Assembly: GCA_964016885.1 (NCBI GenBank)
Contig: OZ024746.1
Span: 75,950,001 to 76,014,000, forward strand
Source: Eledone cirrhosa
Lineage: Eukaryota
Direction of reading: 5' to 3'
DNA length: 64,000 bases
Shown: one piece after another, positions 1-13,943 of the stretch
How the letters are laid out: every line of letters begins with the position of its first letter
How positions within the stretch are numbered: the stretch's first letter is position 1
The notes under the pieces: generated by a model
Database searches by the model: none
What the model saw: the letters and a program-made list of their open reading frames with translations, nothing else
Told to the model about the DNA's origin: nothing
Position numbers and translations under genes: made by a program

Positions 1-1288
1 CTCAAAGGCCAAGATCTCTGGCATTAATTCAGTAATACAGAAGACCTGCCTTCCCATGAACACAAGCTGAAGCATACATCTAGTATGCACCACCTTCACC
101 TCTATCTCCCTTTTCATACACCTCCCACATCTGCACCCATGTCCTAACACTCTGCCCCCCCCCCCCCCCCCCCCCCCCTCCCCACCAAAGTCTCCAGTCC
201 ATACTGTAATATACTCAGCAGCTTGTTTCCAATAAACTCTAAATATGAAATATGTTACCTCTCTTCATCTGTCATCCCCCCCCCCCCCCAAAGGTTATCT
301 TTTCTTTTTACACAGCTAATAATTATTGCCCCTTTCTTTGGAACTCTTTTATAAAAGAACTGAACCAATACAAATGTTCATTTGACGAACTGAGAGAGTA
401 TATTAAACCCTCCCAGTGAAACACATGTGTTCAGAAAATGTACTGCTGATATAATAAAAACACGCACTATATATATATATATATATGATGATAATGATGA
501 TATATACATATATGATTATTTTTTCCAAAATCATATAAGTTATTCTGTTAAGATATCTGATGCAAATATTTTGACATCCTATGTTGTTATCTTCCTATCC
601 TTGACTAGCCTGTACCTTTCTAATTAACAGAGTCACTACAGATTATTTAGTCACAGGGGCTGAACCTTACATACTAGTACTGCTATTGCTGCTGCTGCCA
701 CAACTACTATTACTACTGCAGTTTCCTTGTTGACTTGAATGTATTGAGTTCAATTCCTTATTATTCTCACTGGGAATGGCTTTGCATTTCATCACTCCAG
801 AGTTGAAATGAGTGGTCTCTAAAACTAGATACCAGTAATATACTGAAATCTATTCCCTTGAAAATAACCCCCCCCCCAACACACACACTAAAGATAGTTA
901 ATAAAAAAAAGAAATAAAAGAAATAGACTATTATGCCAAGTTTTAGCAATGGTTGTCATTAGAAACATTCACTATTCAGATGGAATATTTTACTAACAGC
1001 TGGGATTACAGCCTGTCAAACACATGTTGGTAGAATATCTCTTTGCAAGAAACTATATGTAAATGAAAGGCTGACTTAGAATAGTGAATTATATATTATA
1101 TCCATTCAATTTGACAGTGGTTGGTTGGCTGGTTGGCATTAAATAGTTCTATAATGATAGAATAGTATTTTTAACCCTTTCAGTATCATATTTCTAATGA
1201 AAGACACGCCCTAAAATGTGCAAATAATTTTGAAAATAGTAAAGAATTTGAAGGGATTTAGTAATATAACTAACTTTCTCATTATTAA

Positions 1289-1429
1289 CCGTTTAACATT
1301 TACATTACTCTATATTTACTATTGTATTTTCGCAGTAAAGGCTTTACCTCACATAATTATCTCACATAATATTGAATCTACGAGATGTTGATATTATTTA
1401 TGGATAAAGCTGGTTTAAATGTTAAAGGG
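1289..1429 (-). mobile_element. TTAA MITE nested in the host element
   Basis: TTAA duplication at 1285-1288 and 1430-1433. It has 14-bp TIRs ccgtttaacattta / taaatgttaaaggg. Confidence 0.8.
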
Positions 1430-1517
1430 TTAAGCTGGGGTTTGTAACATAACTGAACAAAGGTTTATATATAAAATTATGATGGTAAATTTTTAGATAA
1501 TAATATATACACTTTAA

Positions 1518-1717
1518 CCCTTTAGCATTTAAAGCGACTGTATCTGGCCAGAATTCTCTAATCCCATTCTGTTCAAACTGATTGTAACTGGCTGCTGATA
1601 CTGATGTTAAGGTATTGTTCTCAACATAAATAATATCAAAATCTCATAGCTTCGATATTGTGTGAGATAATTATGTGAATATAATAATAATTATAGAGTA
1701 ATATAAATGCTAAAGAG
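1518..1717 (+). mobile_element. TTAA MITE nested in the host element (same family as 1289-1429 and 58498-58678)
   Basis: TTAA at 1514-1517 and 1718-1721, with TIRs ccctttagcattta / taaatgctaaagag. Confidence 0.8.
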
Positions 1718-3159
1718 TTAAAATAAACAGCTTTGTATTATAGAACTAAGAGTTATTTCAGGTAGTTTGTTATCTAAAGTTAAAACATGCATCAAATTAA
1801 GTATGCCACTCAAGAGCAAGAACAGTCACTCAGGCAGACTTTCACATAGTTTCATTCACAAAGCTTTAGTTGATCCTAGAAGTTATTTACCTCAGATAAA
1901 TAGAAATATGGCAATGATAATGAATTTCAATTGGGAATTGAAACCAAATCAAATATTCTGTTCAGCAAAGACTTTCTACAACCCTACAAAGCTGTTTTGT
2001 TGTTGTTTAGCCACAAGTCGATATTAATTGACCATCCTGTTCTTTTAGAATTATATAGGAATACATTATTTAATGTACCAGTAATGCACTGGGTAATTGC
2101 TGGCCTTGTGCCTAAAGTAGAAACAATTATTTAATGTGACCTTCCTTGGTTAAGACTAGAGTTATTTGAGTGAAATTTAGCTGCCATAGAAGTGAAAGTG
2201 GGTATAAATATAGTTGTTTACTTGTTTAGTTTGTATTAGCTATCACAGCTAAGGTCATGTTGGAACACTATTTTCAGAGTTGATATTCCATATCTTTTGT
2301 GCTGTCTTTGTGTATGTTGAGGGCTATAATGTTAGGTTTTCCCAGTATAAGCAACATCTCAGGTTTGTGGATCAAGGAAATGGTAGAGGTTTCTCTGCTT
2401 TCATTGTAGCAGAAAAATTGCTGATTTAGAATGTTTGAGAGAAATGCACCTCTTGACTAAAAATCTCAAGCGAAAACTTTGGTCATGTTTCATAAATCTT
2501 TGGAGGTATTCTAGATGCCAACAGTATACAGTGTATAGTCATTTAAACATACAATTTATTTTGTAAAAGGATATCCTGTAACGCACCCAATTCATTCTGC
2601 ATCTGGTGGTGCTAATGACAAAAATGCACCCCAGCTCACTCAGTAAAGTGGTAGTGCTGGTGTCATAATAAAAAGAACCCAATATATTTTGTAAAGTGGT
2701 AGAACTGGTGCCACAATAAAAGGTCAAGAAATCGTGTAGAGGCTCCCACATTGGACTGTAAAGTATAATTTGAAGGGGATTTGGCTGCTATTTCGAGCAG
2801 GTCGAGAAACCATGTAGAGGCTCTCACATTGGACTATATTTTGAGTTTATATTCTGATTACCAAACAAAGAATGTTATTCTTTCTAGCCAGTGGAAAATA
2901 AAATAAGTGATATCCATAGCTGTATGTAGATAGATATAGTGATATTTCCTCACAGGAAACAACTATACAGAGATATAGAGATAGAATTTACCGGAAGTCA
3001 CAGACAATAAAATAAAACAAAAACAAAGAAACAAACAAAAATATGGGAATTGGAAGTTTGTGGGAGAATATTCTTCAGACAGCCCAACTATGTATGTTCT
3101 TTTTTTAATATTTTCAAAGTCTTCAGGCAACATCCATTCCAAATTTAATTTAATTTAAT

Positions 3160-3235
<76 letters not shown>

Positions 3236-4466
3236 TATGCTCACACCCACACAATTATGTATGACAGAAAGCCAAGTCTGAGAAAATTGTAAATGAACTT
3301 ATTCACCATCACCAGCAGGATAACCATCATTATCATCCTCATCAGCAGCACCACCACCACCACCACCTTCACCGCTGTCATCATCATCATCAGTTAACCT
3401 TCTGATTCTCTGTTTTCCACCTTCCCAATGAGGCTACCTTTCTTCAGGTACTCTGGCATGGATATAGGGTGATGTGTTGTTTCCTTGAGCAAGACACTTT
3501 ATTTCACATTGCTCCAGTTTACTCAGCTGTAGAAATGAGATGATAGGGACTGGGGTCCCTATCATTCCACTGCAAAGTGGTCGTGGAGGTGCCACGGCAA
3601 AAAAGCACCCAGCACTCACTGTAAATGAGGTTGGTGTTAGGAAGGGCATCCAGCTGTAGAAATCAAGCCAGCATCAGTTCCCGTTCCACCCTTGCAAGCA
3701 GGGAAAAGCGGACGTAAAATGAAATGAAATGAAATGATGATGTATACATGTGTGTGTGTGTGTATTTATGTGTGTATTTGTGTGTGTGTGTGTGTGTGTG
3801 TGTTGGTTTGTCATCATCACTATCTTATATCAGCTCTCAAGGCTGGCTTGAGTTGAACCATTGGTTGTAGTGTGTGTGTGTATGTTTTTGTTGGACTAAG
3901 CGTTGGAATGTGTATTTGTATGTACATATGTGTAATTGTGTGCTTGTATGTGTATTTGTGAGTGTGTGAGTATGTATGTATTCCATTATGTTTGTGTATT
4001 CGAGTGTGTGAGTATGTATGTATTCCATTATGTTTGTGTATTCGTGTGTGTGAGTGGATGTGTTGAAATATGTGTGTATATGTGTGCATGTGTACATGCA
4101 TTTGTGTGTTTGTATTTGTGTGTTTGTATTTGTGTGTTTGTATTTGTGTGTGTGTTGGAGTGTGTGTGTGTATGTGTGTGTATGTGGAGTGTATAAAGTG
4201 TGTATTGCCTGCCACACTATCATATGTCATGGGTTCATCTGTGGAAGACATCACACTTTCCACCTATGAGTAGTAAGACACTTGAACCTGAACTTTGATG
4301 GCCCTCAATTGTTGACATTACATCCTCATTGTTTACAACAAATATTCTTTTATTCTTTTACTAGGAGCTTCTGCCATTAGACTGTGGCCCTACTGGGGCA
4401 CTGTTCATTTACTTATATAAACCTCAATACTTTTTTCAGTCTGGTACTTATTTTATAATTATTTAA

Positions 4467-4660
4467 TTCTTAATATCCTGTAATGATTTAGCAAAAAAAA
4501 ATTCAAATGTTTATAGTATTTTTACTAGTGGAAAGATTACTGTGAAAATTTGCAGTCAACTAAAGACTTTAATTTTCAATGTGATGCAGTCATAGTGCTG
4601 TTTTGTACTTGTCAAGAATGTCTTGTTAATGCGGTTTCATGTGGTGCAGGACATTAATAG
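4467..4660 (+). mobile_element. Third TTAA MITE family (second copy at 34734-34950)
   Basis: TTAA flanks and TIR-like ends ttaatatcctg / caggacattaa. The internal sequence is clearly homologous to 34734-34950. Confidence 0.65.
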
Positions 4661-5392
4661 TTAAGCATTTCTCTAAAAAAAGAAAATAGAAAATGTTTAA
4701 TGATGATAAACAGTTTCAATAAAATTTTCAGTCAATTTTTAAGAAATGTTTTTTCTATTTTCATTCTTTGGAACAACATGGAACAAATGGTTGCTTGCAC
4801 TCTTAGATAAACATTTAAATCAAATAAAAGACAACAAATTGTGAACTATTGCCAAAATATACACATGTACTTCTGTAAACAGCTCTTATCTCTTGTATTT
4901 AGAAATTTCACTGCATACTTGCTTTATACATTTTGCATTTAGTTTATAGTTTTTACATTGCATTGAGTACATGTACATGTGTGTGTTTGTTGTGGATGGG
5001 TGAGTGTGTATTTTGTGTATAGGTGTGTTGGATATGTGTACGCATGTTGTGTATGTGTACATATCTGGTGTATATGTGTTTTTAACGTGTGTGTATGTGA
5101 TGTATGTGTGTATATATGGTGTGTGTGGTGTATGCAGTATATGCGTGTATATGTACATATGAGGTGTATGTGTCTGTATGTGGTATATGTGTATGCATGT
5201 GTATATTGTATGTGTGTATGTATATGCATTTATATTGGTGTATGTATGCAGTGCAATGAACCTGTCGCAGAAATATGTTTTTGCTTTGAATTCACTCATT
5301 TAATAATCAACCATAATGATATGCTATGTGTTTATACCTATTTATGTTATCATATTTGTCTACAAAGCTTTAAAATGTGCATGTGCACCCGC

Positions 5393-5431
<39 letters not shown>

Positions 5432-6139
5432 AAATGCATTTCCTATTTCAGTCACGTTGCTATAATAAGACGTTTGCTTTCCAATCACAAGATTCTGAGT
5501 TCTAACCTTACCTTGTCCCTGTAAATAATTATTTCTTCAAAGTTACTCATATATTTAATCCTACATGTCATTTGAACATATATACTGAACATGCATGGAA
5601 TTAAATACTAAGAATAAATTATTAAAACATCATGCTGACATGGGTTAGACAGGTTGTCACGTTCTGGGGTTAAACAGGACACATGATCATATCTTGCTCA
5701 GACATTTCAGTTTGGTAGGCTGGATGTCCTGTATGTATTGGGTGCATATTATGGTGTCATTAGCACTACCACTTTACAGTGAGGACTGGCTGCATTTATT
5801 TTTCATTTATTTTATTAAAATAAATATACAAACAAGGCAATCCCTTCCCATGTACAGGGTAAGAAATGACTATCCTGGTTGTTGAATCAGAACACCCTAT
5901 GGATCTGATCACCTTCTACTCCTACTGTTGAAGTTAGCATGGCCTAGAATTTTAGGGGCTTTGGACTTGTGCTCATATGGTCGTGGGTCCAATTCCTAGA
6001 CTGTGTGACATGTCCTTGAGCAAGGCTCACTATTTCATTATTTCACATTGCTTCAGGTGATGGATTAAGTCTTCCACTCATAGTCCTGCTCTTAATTTGG
6101 GCTGATATAGGGTTGGGGCTTAACAGCAGTAACAACAAC

Positions 6140-6364
<225 letters not shown>

Positions 6365-6444
6365 GGGTTGGGCTGAATAGTATTTCAAATGTAAAAGTTG
6401 AATTGTTCAAACATAAGTTAGCTCTTTCACTATCATATTTCTAA

Positions 6445-6633
6445 GGGCGGTGGATTGGCAGTATCGGTAGAGGGTCGGACGCCATGCTTTGACGCATAGA
6501 GTTACGGCCCTTGCCATTCTGAGTTCAAATCCCACCGAGGTTGACTTTGCCTTTCATCCTTACGGGATCGATAAAATAAAGTACCAGTAATACACTGGGT
6601 AATTGCTGGCCTTGTGCCAAAAGTAGAAACAAT
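6445..6633 (+). mobile_element. tRNA-derived SINE family A, full length
   Basis: A-box-like tggcagtatcgg, B-box gagttcaaatcc, central gcctttcatccttacgggatcgataaaat, and an (ATT) tail. It has a 14-bp TSD tatcatatttctaa (6431-6444 / 6634-6647). Other copies lie at about 2072, 9110(-), 20175(-), 20270(-), 21012, 28006, 34068, 38792(-), 48860(-), 49050(-), 53600, 53805 and 63900(-). Confidence 0.9.
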
Positions 6634-7189
6634 TATCATATTTCTAATGGAAGTTACTACCTATTATTTTCAATTAATTTTGAAAATAATCCAAAAATTT
6701 GGAAGGATTTAGTAAAATAACTAACTTTCTTATTATTAGGCTAGTGTTAAGAACATATGAACTTTAAATTAAATCCTTTTTTTTTTTTTAAATCGTAGAA
6801 TCAGAGTCAGTGTCAGGCAGTTTCAAAAGACTTGGTAACCTCTCAGCTCTATCTATTCACAGTTGGATAGATTCTTATCACTCAAATTAACTAAGACAAC
6901 ACTGAAACAAAAAGAGTTTTGCTTAGGGAAGGATGCAGTGAACTGCTAATAAAAATGCTTCAAGCTGTTTTTATAAAATATTGATTAGCCAGTTCATGGC
7001 CTTAATTCTTACAAAATAAATTATCTATGTGTTTCAATTAATTATTAACTTTTTTGTTACCAACCTAGCCAAAACCAGTCCTGGTCCTATGAAATAAAGT
7101 CACCCATTTTAAGGGTTTCCAATTTAAATAAAATTCTTCCAGCATAATTCTATGCAAGTTATGAAAATTACAGAAAGAGTTTTGGCACA

Positions 7190-8460
7190 ACTAATTAGGA
7201 AAGGAGTCAAATTAGATGAGGTGTAGTTTAGTTTTGTACCAAGGAGGAGTATCAAAGTTGCCTTCTTTTTTATGAGACAACTAAAAGAGAAGTCACTAGC
7301 TAAGTGTAAGCCACTATATCTTTCTTTTGTTGATCTGGAGAAAGCCTTTTACAGAGTTTCCTTGATTTGTTATCTGGTGGTCTTTTAGGAAACTTGGTGT
7401 AGACAAGTGGTTTGTGAGAGCAGTGCAAGCCATGTACAGGTGTGGTAGGTAATGAATTTAGTGAGGATTTCAGTGTGCAAGTAGGTGTTCATGAAGGGTC
7501 AATTCTCAGCTCCCTTTTGTTTATTTTAGTCCACCAGGTCATAACAGAAGAGTTTAAGATTAGCTGCTCGTGGAAACTTCTGTATGCTGATGACCTGTGT
7601 TTTTATAGCTGAATCAGCAGAAGAGCTAGAGAAGAAATTCCTACTGTGGAAATAGAACTTAGAATCAAAAGGGTTTACAGTAAATTTACCAAAGACGAAA
7701 GTTTTAGTGGCTAGGATAGAAGACAAGACTCTAGTTCCATCAGGGAAGTGGCCATATTCGATATGTAAAAAAGTAGTAGGTAGAAAATCTATACAATGTA
7801 CACAATGTATAACTTGGGTTCACAAGAGGTGTAGTGGGATCATTGATAGGCTAACAGAAAAGGTAGACTTTGTATGTGGGAGTTGCACAAAGGTAGTTAG
7901 TAGTAAAAGTCCCAGTGAAATCATTTTTTTTTTCAATCCTGGAAAGCAGAAGAGGTTGCTTTGAAAGCATAGTAGCTAGAATGAGGACAAGTTGGAAAAA
8001 GATCAGGAGCTATTGACAACAAAAGATTTCTCCCTATGAACGAAAGGCTGGCTGTACGATGCCTGCATGTGAAATGTGGTGTTGCATGGACATGAAACAT
8101 GGGCAGTAAATGCAAAGGATATGTGAAAGCTGAAGAGAAATAAAGTGAGCATGGGTGACTGCTGGTCTTCCACAAAAACACCTTGCACAAGCTTGTGCAA
8201 TATATATATATATATACTGCAAAACATGGATGGAGTGAAAGAGAAACTGAGTATAAGAGAAGACTGCACTGATATAGCTATGTAATGCACAAGGATGATG
8301 ATCATTGGGTGAATAAGTACCAAATGATCCCAGTTGAAGGAAGCTAGAGTGAAGATGATGAAGGAACACAATGTGTGGAGGGAGATTGTGCTTGGGAAGA
8401 TCCACCCAACCCATGCGAACATTGAAAAAAATAAGTGATGTATATTGCTGATGATAATGC
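7190..8460 (+). pseudogene. Decayed RTE-clade LINE ORF (reverse transcriptase, PHD-like Cys/His finger, 3' tail)
   Basis: Frames read FVDLEKAF, LLYADD and CTQCITWVHKRCSG...FVCGSC, with stops and frameshifts. It ends in cccatgcgaacattg and a (TGA) tail. Confidence 0.85.
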
Positions 8461-9067
8461 ACACACACAGACACACAATAAAGCAACAGGCCACTGGAAC
8501 AGCCTAAGTAAATTACTCAAACACACATACACAAATTTACAGGGGGGCAGGGCACACTGTATGTTTTATATTCAGAATTGAAATAATATATTCTTTTGTT
8601 ATTTTCAATATAACAAGAGTGTAGGTTGGAGGAGTGATGGTGGAGTGGTTGGGTTAGAGAAGATATGGAATTGTGTAAAAAATCATAGTTCAGAGGCAGG
8701 TGAACAGGAAATGGGAGGACATCGTTTTTTTGTCAGTTTATCTCTTTCTCTGTTGCTATTGCTCTTTCTCTCTATGCATATGTGTCTATGTATGAATGTG
8801 TATACGTGCATGTGTGTGTGTGTATATGTATGTATGTGTGTATGTGTTCATAACCTTTATTCTTTCTCTCAGTATTGGGTATCATGTTTTATATATCAGT
8901 AATATGGGGAACCTACAGTTGATTTTTTGATCTGATAGTTATTATTTTTGTTGCCTTGTGATGTGATATTTTCATCAAAAGTTCTAACATACACACCAGC
9001 TCATATCATCATAACCTTGTGTAAAGACTCTTCTCAAGTGTTTGTTGACATTTAACTTAACATTGAA

Positions 9068-9111
<44 letters not shown>

Positions 9112-9468
9112 AATAATTTCTGATTTTGGCACAAGACCAACAATTTGGAGGGAGAGAAAGTCGATTAAATCGGCCCCAGTGCATTACTGATACTTTATTT
9201 TATCGACCCCGTAAGAATGAAAGGCAAAGCCAACCTTGGCGGGATTGGATCTCAGAATGTAAAAGGCAATAACTATATACAGTAAAGCATATTGCCCCAC
9301 GCTCTACCGATACTATCAATCTACTGCCCTTGTGTGTGTAGATAATTATATATATATTATGACTATTTATTGTTAATGCTTCTTTCTACATGCAACATAT
9401 GTATGTATGTGTATATATATATATCATCATCATACCTCACTTTACCTACTAGCAAGGGTATATTAAAT

Positions 9469-9502
<34 letters not shown>

Positions 9503-11380
9503 ATAAAGGTAGTTTATTGTATTTTGTGCGCCTGAGCATATTATATCTTCTGTTATATATATATATATAGTATTTATATTAAGTTTGATTTATTTCCTCT
9601 TTACCAGCAGTTTCAAGCTGTAAACATGCTAATATTGGAATAACTCGAACTGTTAAAATAAATACTCACAACTTCTACATTTTCTGTTCATTGCTCTCTT
9701 CTTTCGTTTGTACCCACATATAATTTTATAAATAAATCTGTGAATAAATACAAAATCAATCACTTTGAATTCATTTTCACCGTTTTGATTATTGAAATGT
9801 GATAATTATATATGAAAATCCTTCGCATTTCATAAATGAATTATAATTATTGATGTTTGTGTGAATAAATTAGATGAATATGGATGGTGTAATAATATAA
9901 ATGTTAAAGATGAAATTGATTTCTTATTTTTCATTTTATTTTTGTTCATCTAGTAATTTTAATTTCAGGTCAGTCAGTTCTGAAAGAGATTCTGGTTAGG
10001 AATAAAAACTATGTAAATATATCTATCAACTATTCACATATAAATGACATAGCATGTTGTTAGAAGAGAATGAGTTAAAATATATTTCTTTCTTCAATTG
10101 CTGTTATCATTTTCATCCTTTTAGAATAATATCTTGGCTTGGTTACTGACTAAAAATGAACTTTAAATGCTTAACCCCTTTTCATACCAACCCTGTAAAA
10201 GCCAGGTCTGGTCGTTTGAAACAAAACCACCCATTTGAATGAGTTCCTATTTAAATTAAAATTTTCCTGACAATATTCACTTTAATTTTTCCTAACCACT
10301 GACCAGAACGTTTGATGCTTTGACTAAAATAATTTTAAATTCAAATCTACCGCACAGCAACCTTTCAATGCTACTGAGCAGCAATATTCTCATGTGCATA
10401 GCGCCAATACAGCAACTGCATAGCTGCACACTCACACAGCTTAGAGGGAATGTTGCTTTCAAAATAATTCTTTATAAGAACCACAGGTTAAGTTACTACC
10501 TTAGTAATGCAATTATTAATACATTTTAGTAAGTCCCACAAAATTCTTAATTAATTAATTAATTGAAATAGAGTGCATTTCATTAGAAATACAGCCACGA
10601 CAGGGTTCTAGTATCTATTTTTCTCCAATTGCTATCAAAATTTTCATCCCTTTAGAATAATATTTTGGCTTGGTTATTGAATAAAATCTTAATAAAACAG
10701 AAATATTCATGACTGTATTTCTTATGAAATACAGTCTATTTCAATTAATTAATGAAGAATCGTGAGGGATTTACTAATTATTAATCATTTTATCACTAAG
10801 ACATAACATGGATTTTATATAAAATTATGTTCAAAGGTTTTAATTTAAATCGGAACCCTTTTAAAATGGGGGGTTTTGTTTCATAGAACCAGAGTTGGTT
10901 TTAACCTTGTTGTTATCAAAAGGGTTAAATAGATGATGGGAACTCAGTCAGTGTAAATTAGCTACAGAACACATCACATCCCCAGTTTGGCTGTTGCCTT
11001 GTTGTTGCCTGTTGATCACATGCACATACAACAGAGAACAACATCCTCCTCAAGTTGGTGGTGGTTTATTGATTTCCTGGCTAAGCCTACCTGTCTTTTC
11101 TCATTTGCTGTAACCACCACTACATAGTGTGCCTTAATAAAGAGGTGGGGGCTGGCTATTCTAGTTGCCTACTGCAGTTAAACCAGAATGCTATGTTATG
11201 CATAATAGTTGGTGGGTTCAAAGGGGATTACATTAAATGTAAATGCCCGTGAAAATTTCTCCAATTTCCCAATCTCAACTTTCTATCTTTCAGTAATATT
11301 TGTAGTCGCTAATATTTACATTTTCATTTGCTGCTGTTCACCGTACCAAATTTCAGTACAAATTGAAGTTAAACTAAAAG

Positions 11381-11448
<68 letters not shown>

Positions 11449-11585
11449 AACATATATATATATACACATACACACACACATACATGCTAATCTTTTCAAA
11501 CCATATCCTGTCCAAACCATATTTGCATGGACAAGCAGATGTTAAATATGATGATGCACTGATATTAAATGGTGATGATGATGAT

Positions 11586-11720
<135 letters not shown>

Positions 11721-12217
11721 GTATATCCCTCTTTCCAAATTTATTACTTACAAGTAATGGAAGAAATTATACATTTATTGAGAGATAAATGCTTCAATAT
11801 TTTATAAGCCGTTTCCATAATTCTGTTTAATTGGCATTGCTTGCTAGCCACACCAGCTCCACTCCTGCTATTTTCTACTGTACTGGTTGCTTCATTCTAT
11901 ACTTTACTATATTATATCTTTAAATATTGATTTCTTACTTGAACACTAGACCAGAAATTTGCAAAGGAGCATGGTCTATTGACTGGTCAGAGAAGGGTGA
12001 GGTTGTTATGGGCTGGGAGGTGGAGGAGGAGATGATTGCTGGAAGGCATTAGTGACTTAAGTGAAGTGTAGTGGCTTCAAATATAGGAATCTGATCTGGG
12101 ATTTTACCTCACACTCTATAAGTTATCATTTACTAATATGACAACAAACATGTTTTACAGCTGGATGCCATTTCTAGTCTCATCCCCTTTAGTCACTTTT
12201 TACAACATACAGGGCTA

Positions 12218-13393
12218 CAATATCCCTTTCTTTCTCAATGTACCTTTCCTTCTCAATGTACCTTTCCTTCTCAATGTACCTTTCTTTTTCAATGTACCTT
12301 TCTTTCTCAATGTACCTTTCTTTCTCAATGTACTTTTCTTTCTCAATGTACTTTTCCTTCTCAATGTACCTTTCTTTCTCAATGTACCTTTCCTTCTCAA
12401 TGTACCTTTCCTTCTCAATGTACCTTTCCTTCTCAATGTACCTTTCTTTCTCAATGTACCTTTCTTTCTCAATGTACCTTTCCTTCTCAATGTACCTTTC
12501 TTTCTCAATGTACCTTTCCTTCTCAATGTACCTTTCTTTCTCAATGTACCTTTCCTTCTCAATGTACCTTTCCTTCTCAATGTACCTTTCTTTCTCAATG
12601 TACCTTTCTTTCTCAATGTACCTTTCCTTCTCAATGTACCTTTCCTTCTCAATGTACCTTTCTTTCTCAATGTACCTTTCCTTCTCAATTTACCTTTCCT
12701 TCTCAATGTACCTTTCTTTCTCAATGTACCTTTCTTTCTTAATATACCTTTCCTTCTCAATGTACCTTTCCTTCTCAATGTACCTTTCTTTCTGAATGTA
12801 CCTTTCTTTCTGAATGTACCTTTCTTTCTCAATGTACCTTTCCTTCTCAATGTACCTTTCTTTCTCAATGTACCTTTCCTTCTCAATGTCCCTTTCTCAA
12901 TGTACCTTTCTTTCTCAATGTCCCTTTCCTTCTCAATGTACCTTTCTTTCTCAATGTACCTTTCCTTCTCAATATCCCTTTCTTTCTCAATGTACCTTTC
13001 CTTCTCAATGTACCTTTCCTTCTCAATGTACCTTTCCTTCTCAATGTACCTTTCCTCCTCAATGTACCTTTCTTTCTCAATGTACCTTTCTTTCTCAATG
13101 TACCTTTCTTTCTCAATGTACCTTTCTTAATGTACCTTTCCTTCTCAATATCCCTTTCTTTCTCAATGTACCTTTCCTTCTCAATGTACCTTTCCTTCAC
13201 AATGTACCTTTCCTTCTCAATGTACCTTTCCTTCTCAATGTACCTTTCCTTCTCAATGTACCTTTCCTTCTCAATGTACATTTCTTTCTCAATGTACTTT
13301 TCCTTCTCAATGTACCTTTCTTTCTCAATGTACCTTTCTTTCTCAATGTACCTTTCCTTTTCAATGTACCTTTCTTTCTCAATGAACCTTTCT
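12218..13393. repeat. 18-bp minisatellite, about 65 units
   Basis: Unit tctcaatgtacctttc(c/t)t, head-to-tail, with few other variants. Confidence 0.98.
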
Positions 13394-13943
13394 TACTGAA
13401 GCACTAGGCCAGAAATTTGTAAAGGGGCAGCGTATGACAGAATGGGGAAGGGAAATGGTATTGCTGGAAGGCATCAGTGGTATAAGTGAAATGAAGTGAA
13501 GAGAATAAGCTTGAAATGGAGGAATCAAACCTGGGAATCTACCTTATGCTCTACAGATTCTCCTTTTAATATATCCTTTGGTATTGATTTCTTCTTGAGG
13601 CATAAGAGGATATAGTTTTGATTAGAGGCTGGTTGGATATAGTTTTGATTTGATTTAATTTTATATAGCAATTGTCCTTAGTTACAGGTTTCTAATGAGC
13701 CAATCACAGGCTTGGTGTGTTTATAATGTGGAGAGTAGTATATCTGTAACTCAGTGCAAACGACAACCTTTGCTGAGGAAGAGTGCTTTTTCCCGCCATT
13801 CTTTACATCTTTCACTGACACATACCTGTACACACGCACATTCACTCATACATATACACTCACCGTCATGCATAAGTGTACATTAACACGAATGTGTCAA
13901 ACATTAACTGAATGAGCATTCAATATATATATATATATATACA

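Larger units (their letters stand above)
1175..1779 (+). mobile_element. piggyBac-like non-autonomous element (TTAA/CCCTTT termini) hosting two nested MITEs
   Basis: Starts TTAA|CCCTTTCAGTATCATATTTCTAATG. Family members end GGTATxAAAAGGG|TTAA. Related copies lie at about 6419-6835, 10153-10610(-), 10710-10924, 17237-17760, 18382-18634, 24245-24722(-), 27915-28330, 28436-28670, 34610-35066 and 40022-40545. Confidence 0.75.

Noticed and set aside
5275-5295. CFCFE peptide resembling the COX11 copper-binding motif
   Set aside because: It continues FTHL rather than EQxL, has no fitting splice sites, and lies in an ORF made of GT-rich low-complexity sequence.
3820-5524. His/Thr- and Cys/Val-rich ORFs (also 6043-6410, 36366-36785, 58965-59470, 60435-60864)
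   Set aside because: These are translations of microsatellite and low-complexity tracts.
6445-6545. tRNA gene
   Set aside because: A and B boxes are present but there is no cloverleaf. It is a SINE head with a TSD.
9590-9625. Hammerhead 3' half (minus: GAAAC UGCUG GUA, then AAUAAA) beside (TA)n
   Set aside because: No CUGANGA or matching stem I strand was found upstream.
12218-13393. CRISPR array or real 330-aa / 223-aa protein
   Set aside because: The repeats are contiguous with no spacers, there are no cas genes and the context is eukaryotic. The ORFs follow from a stop-free 18-mer.
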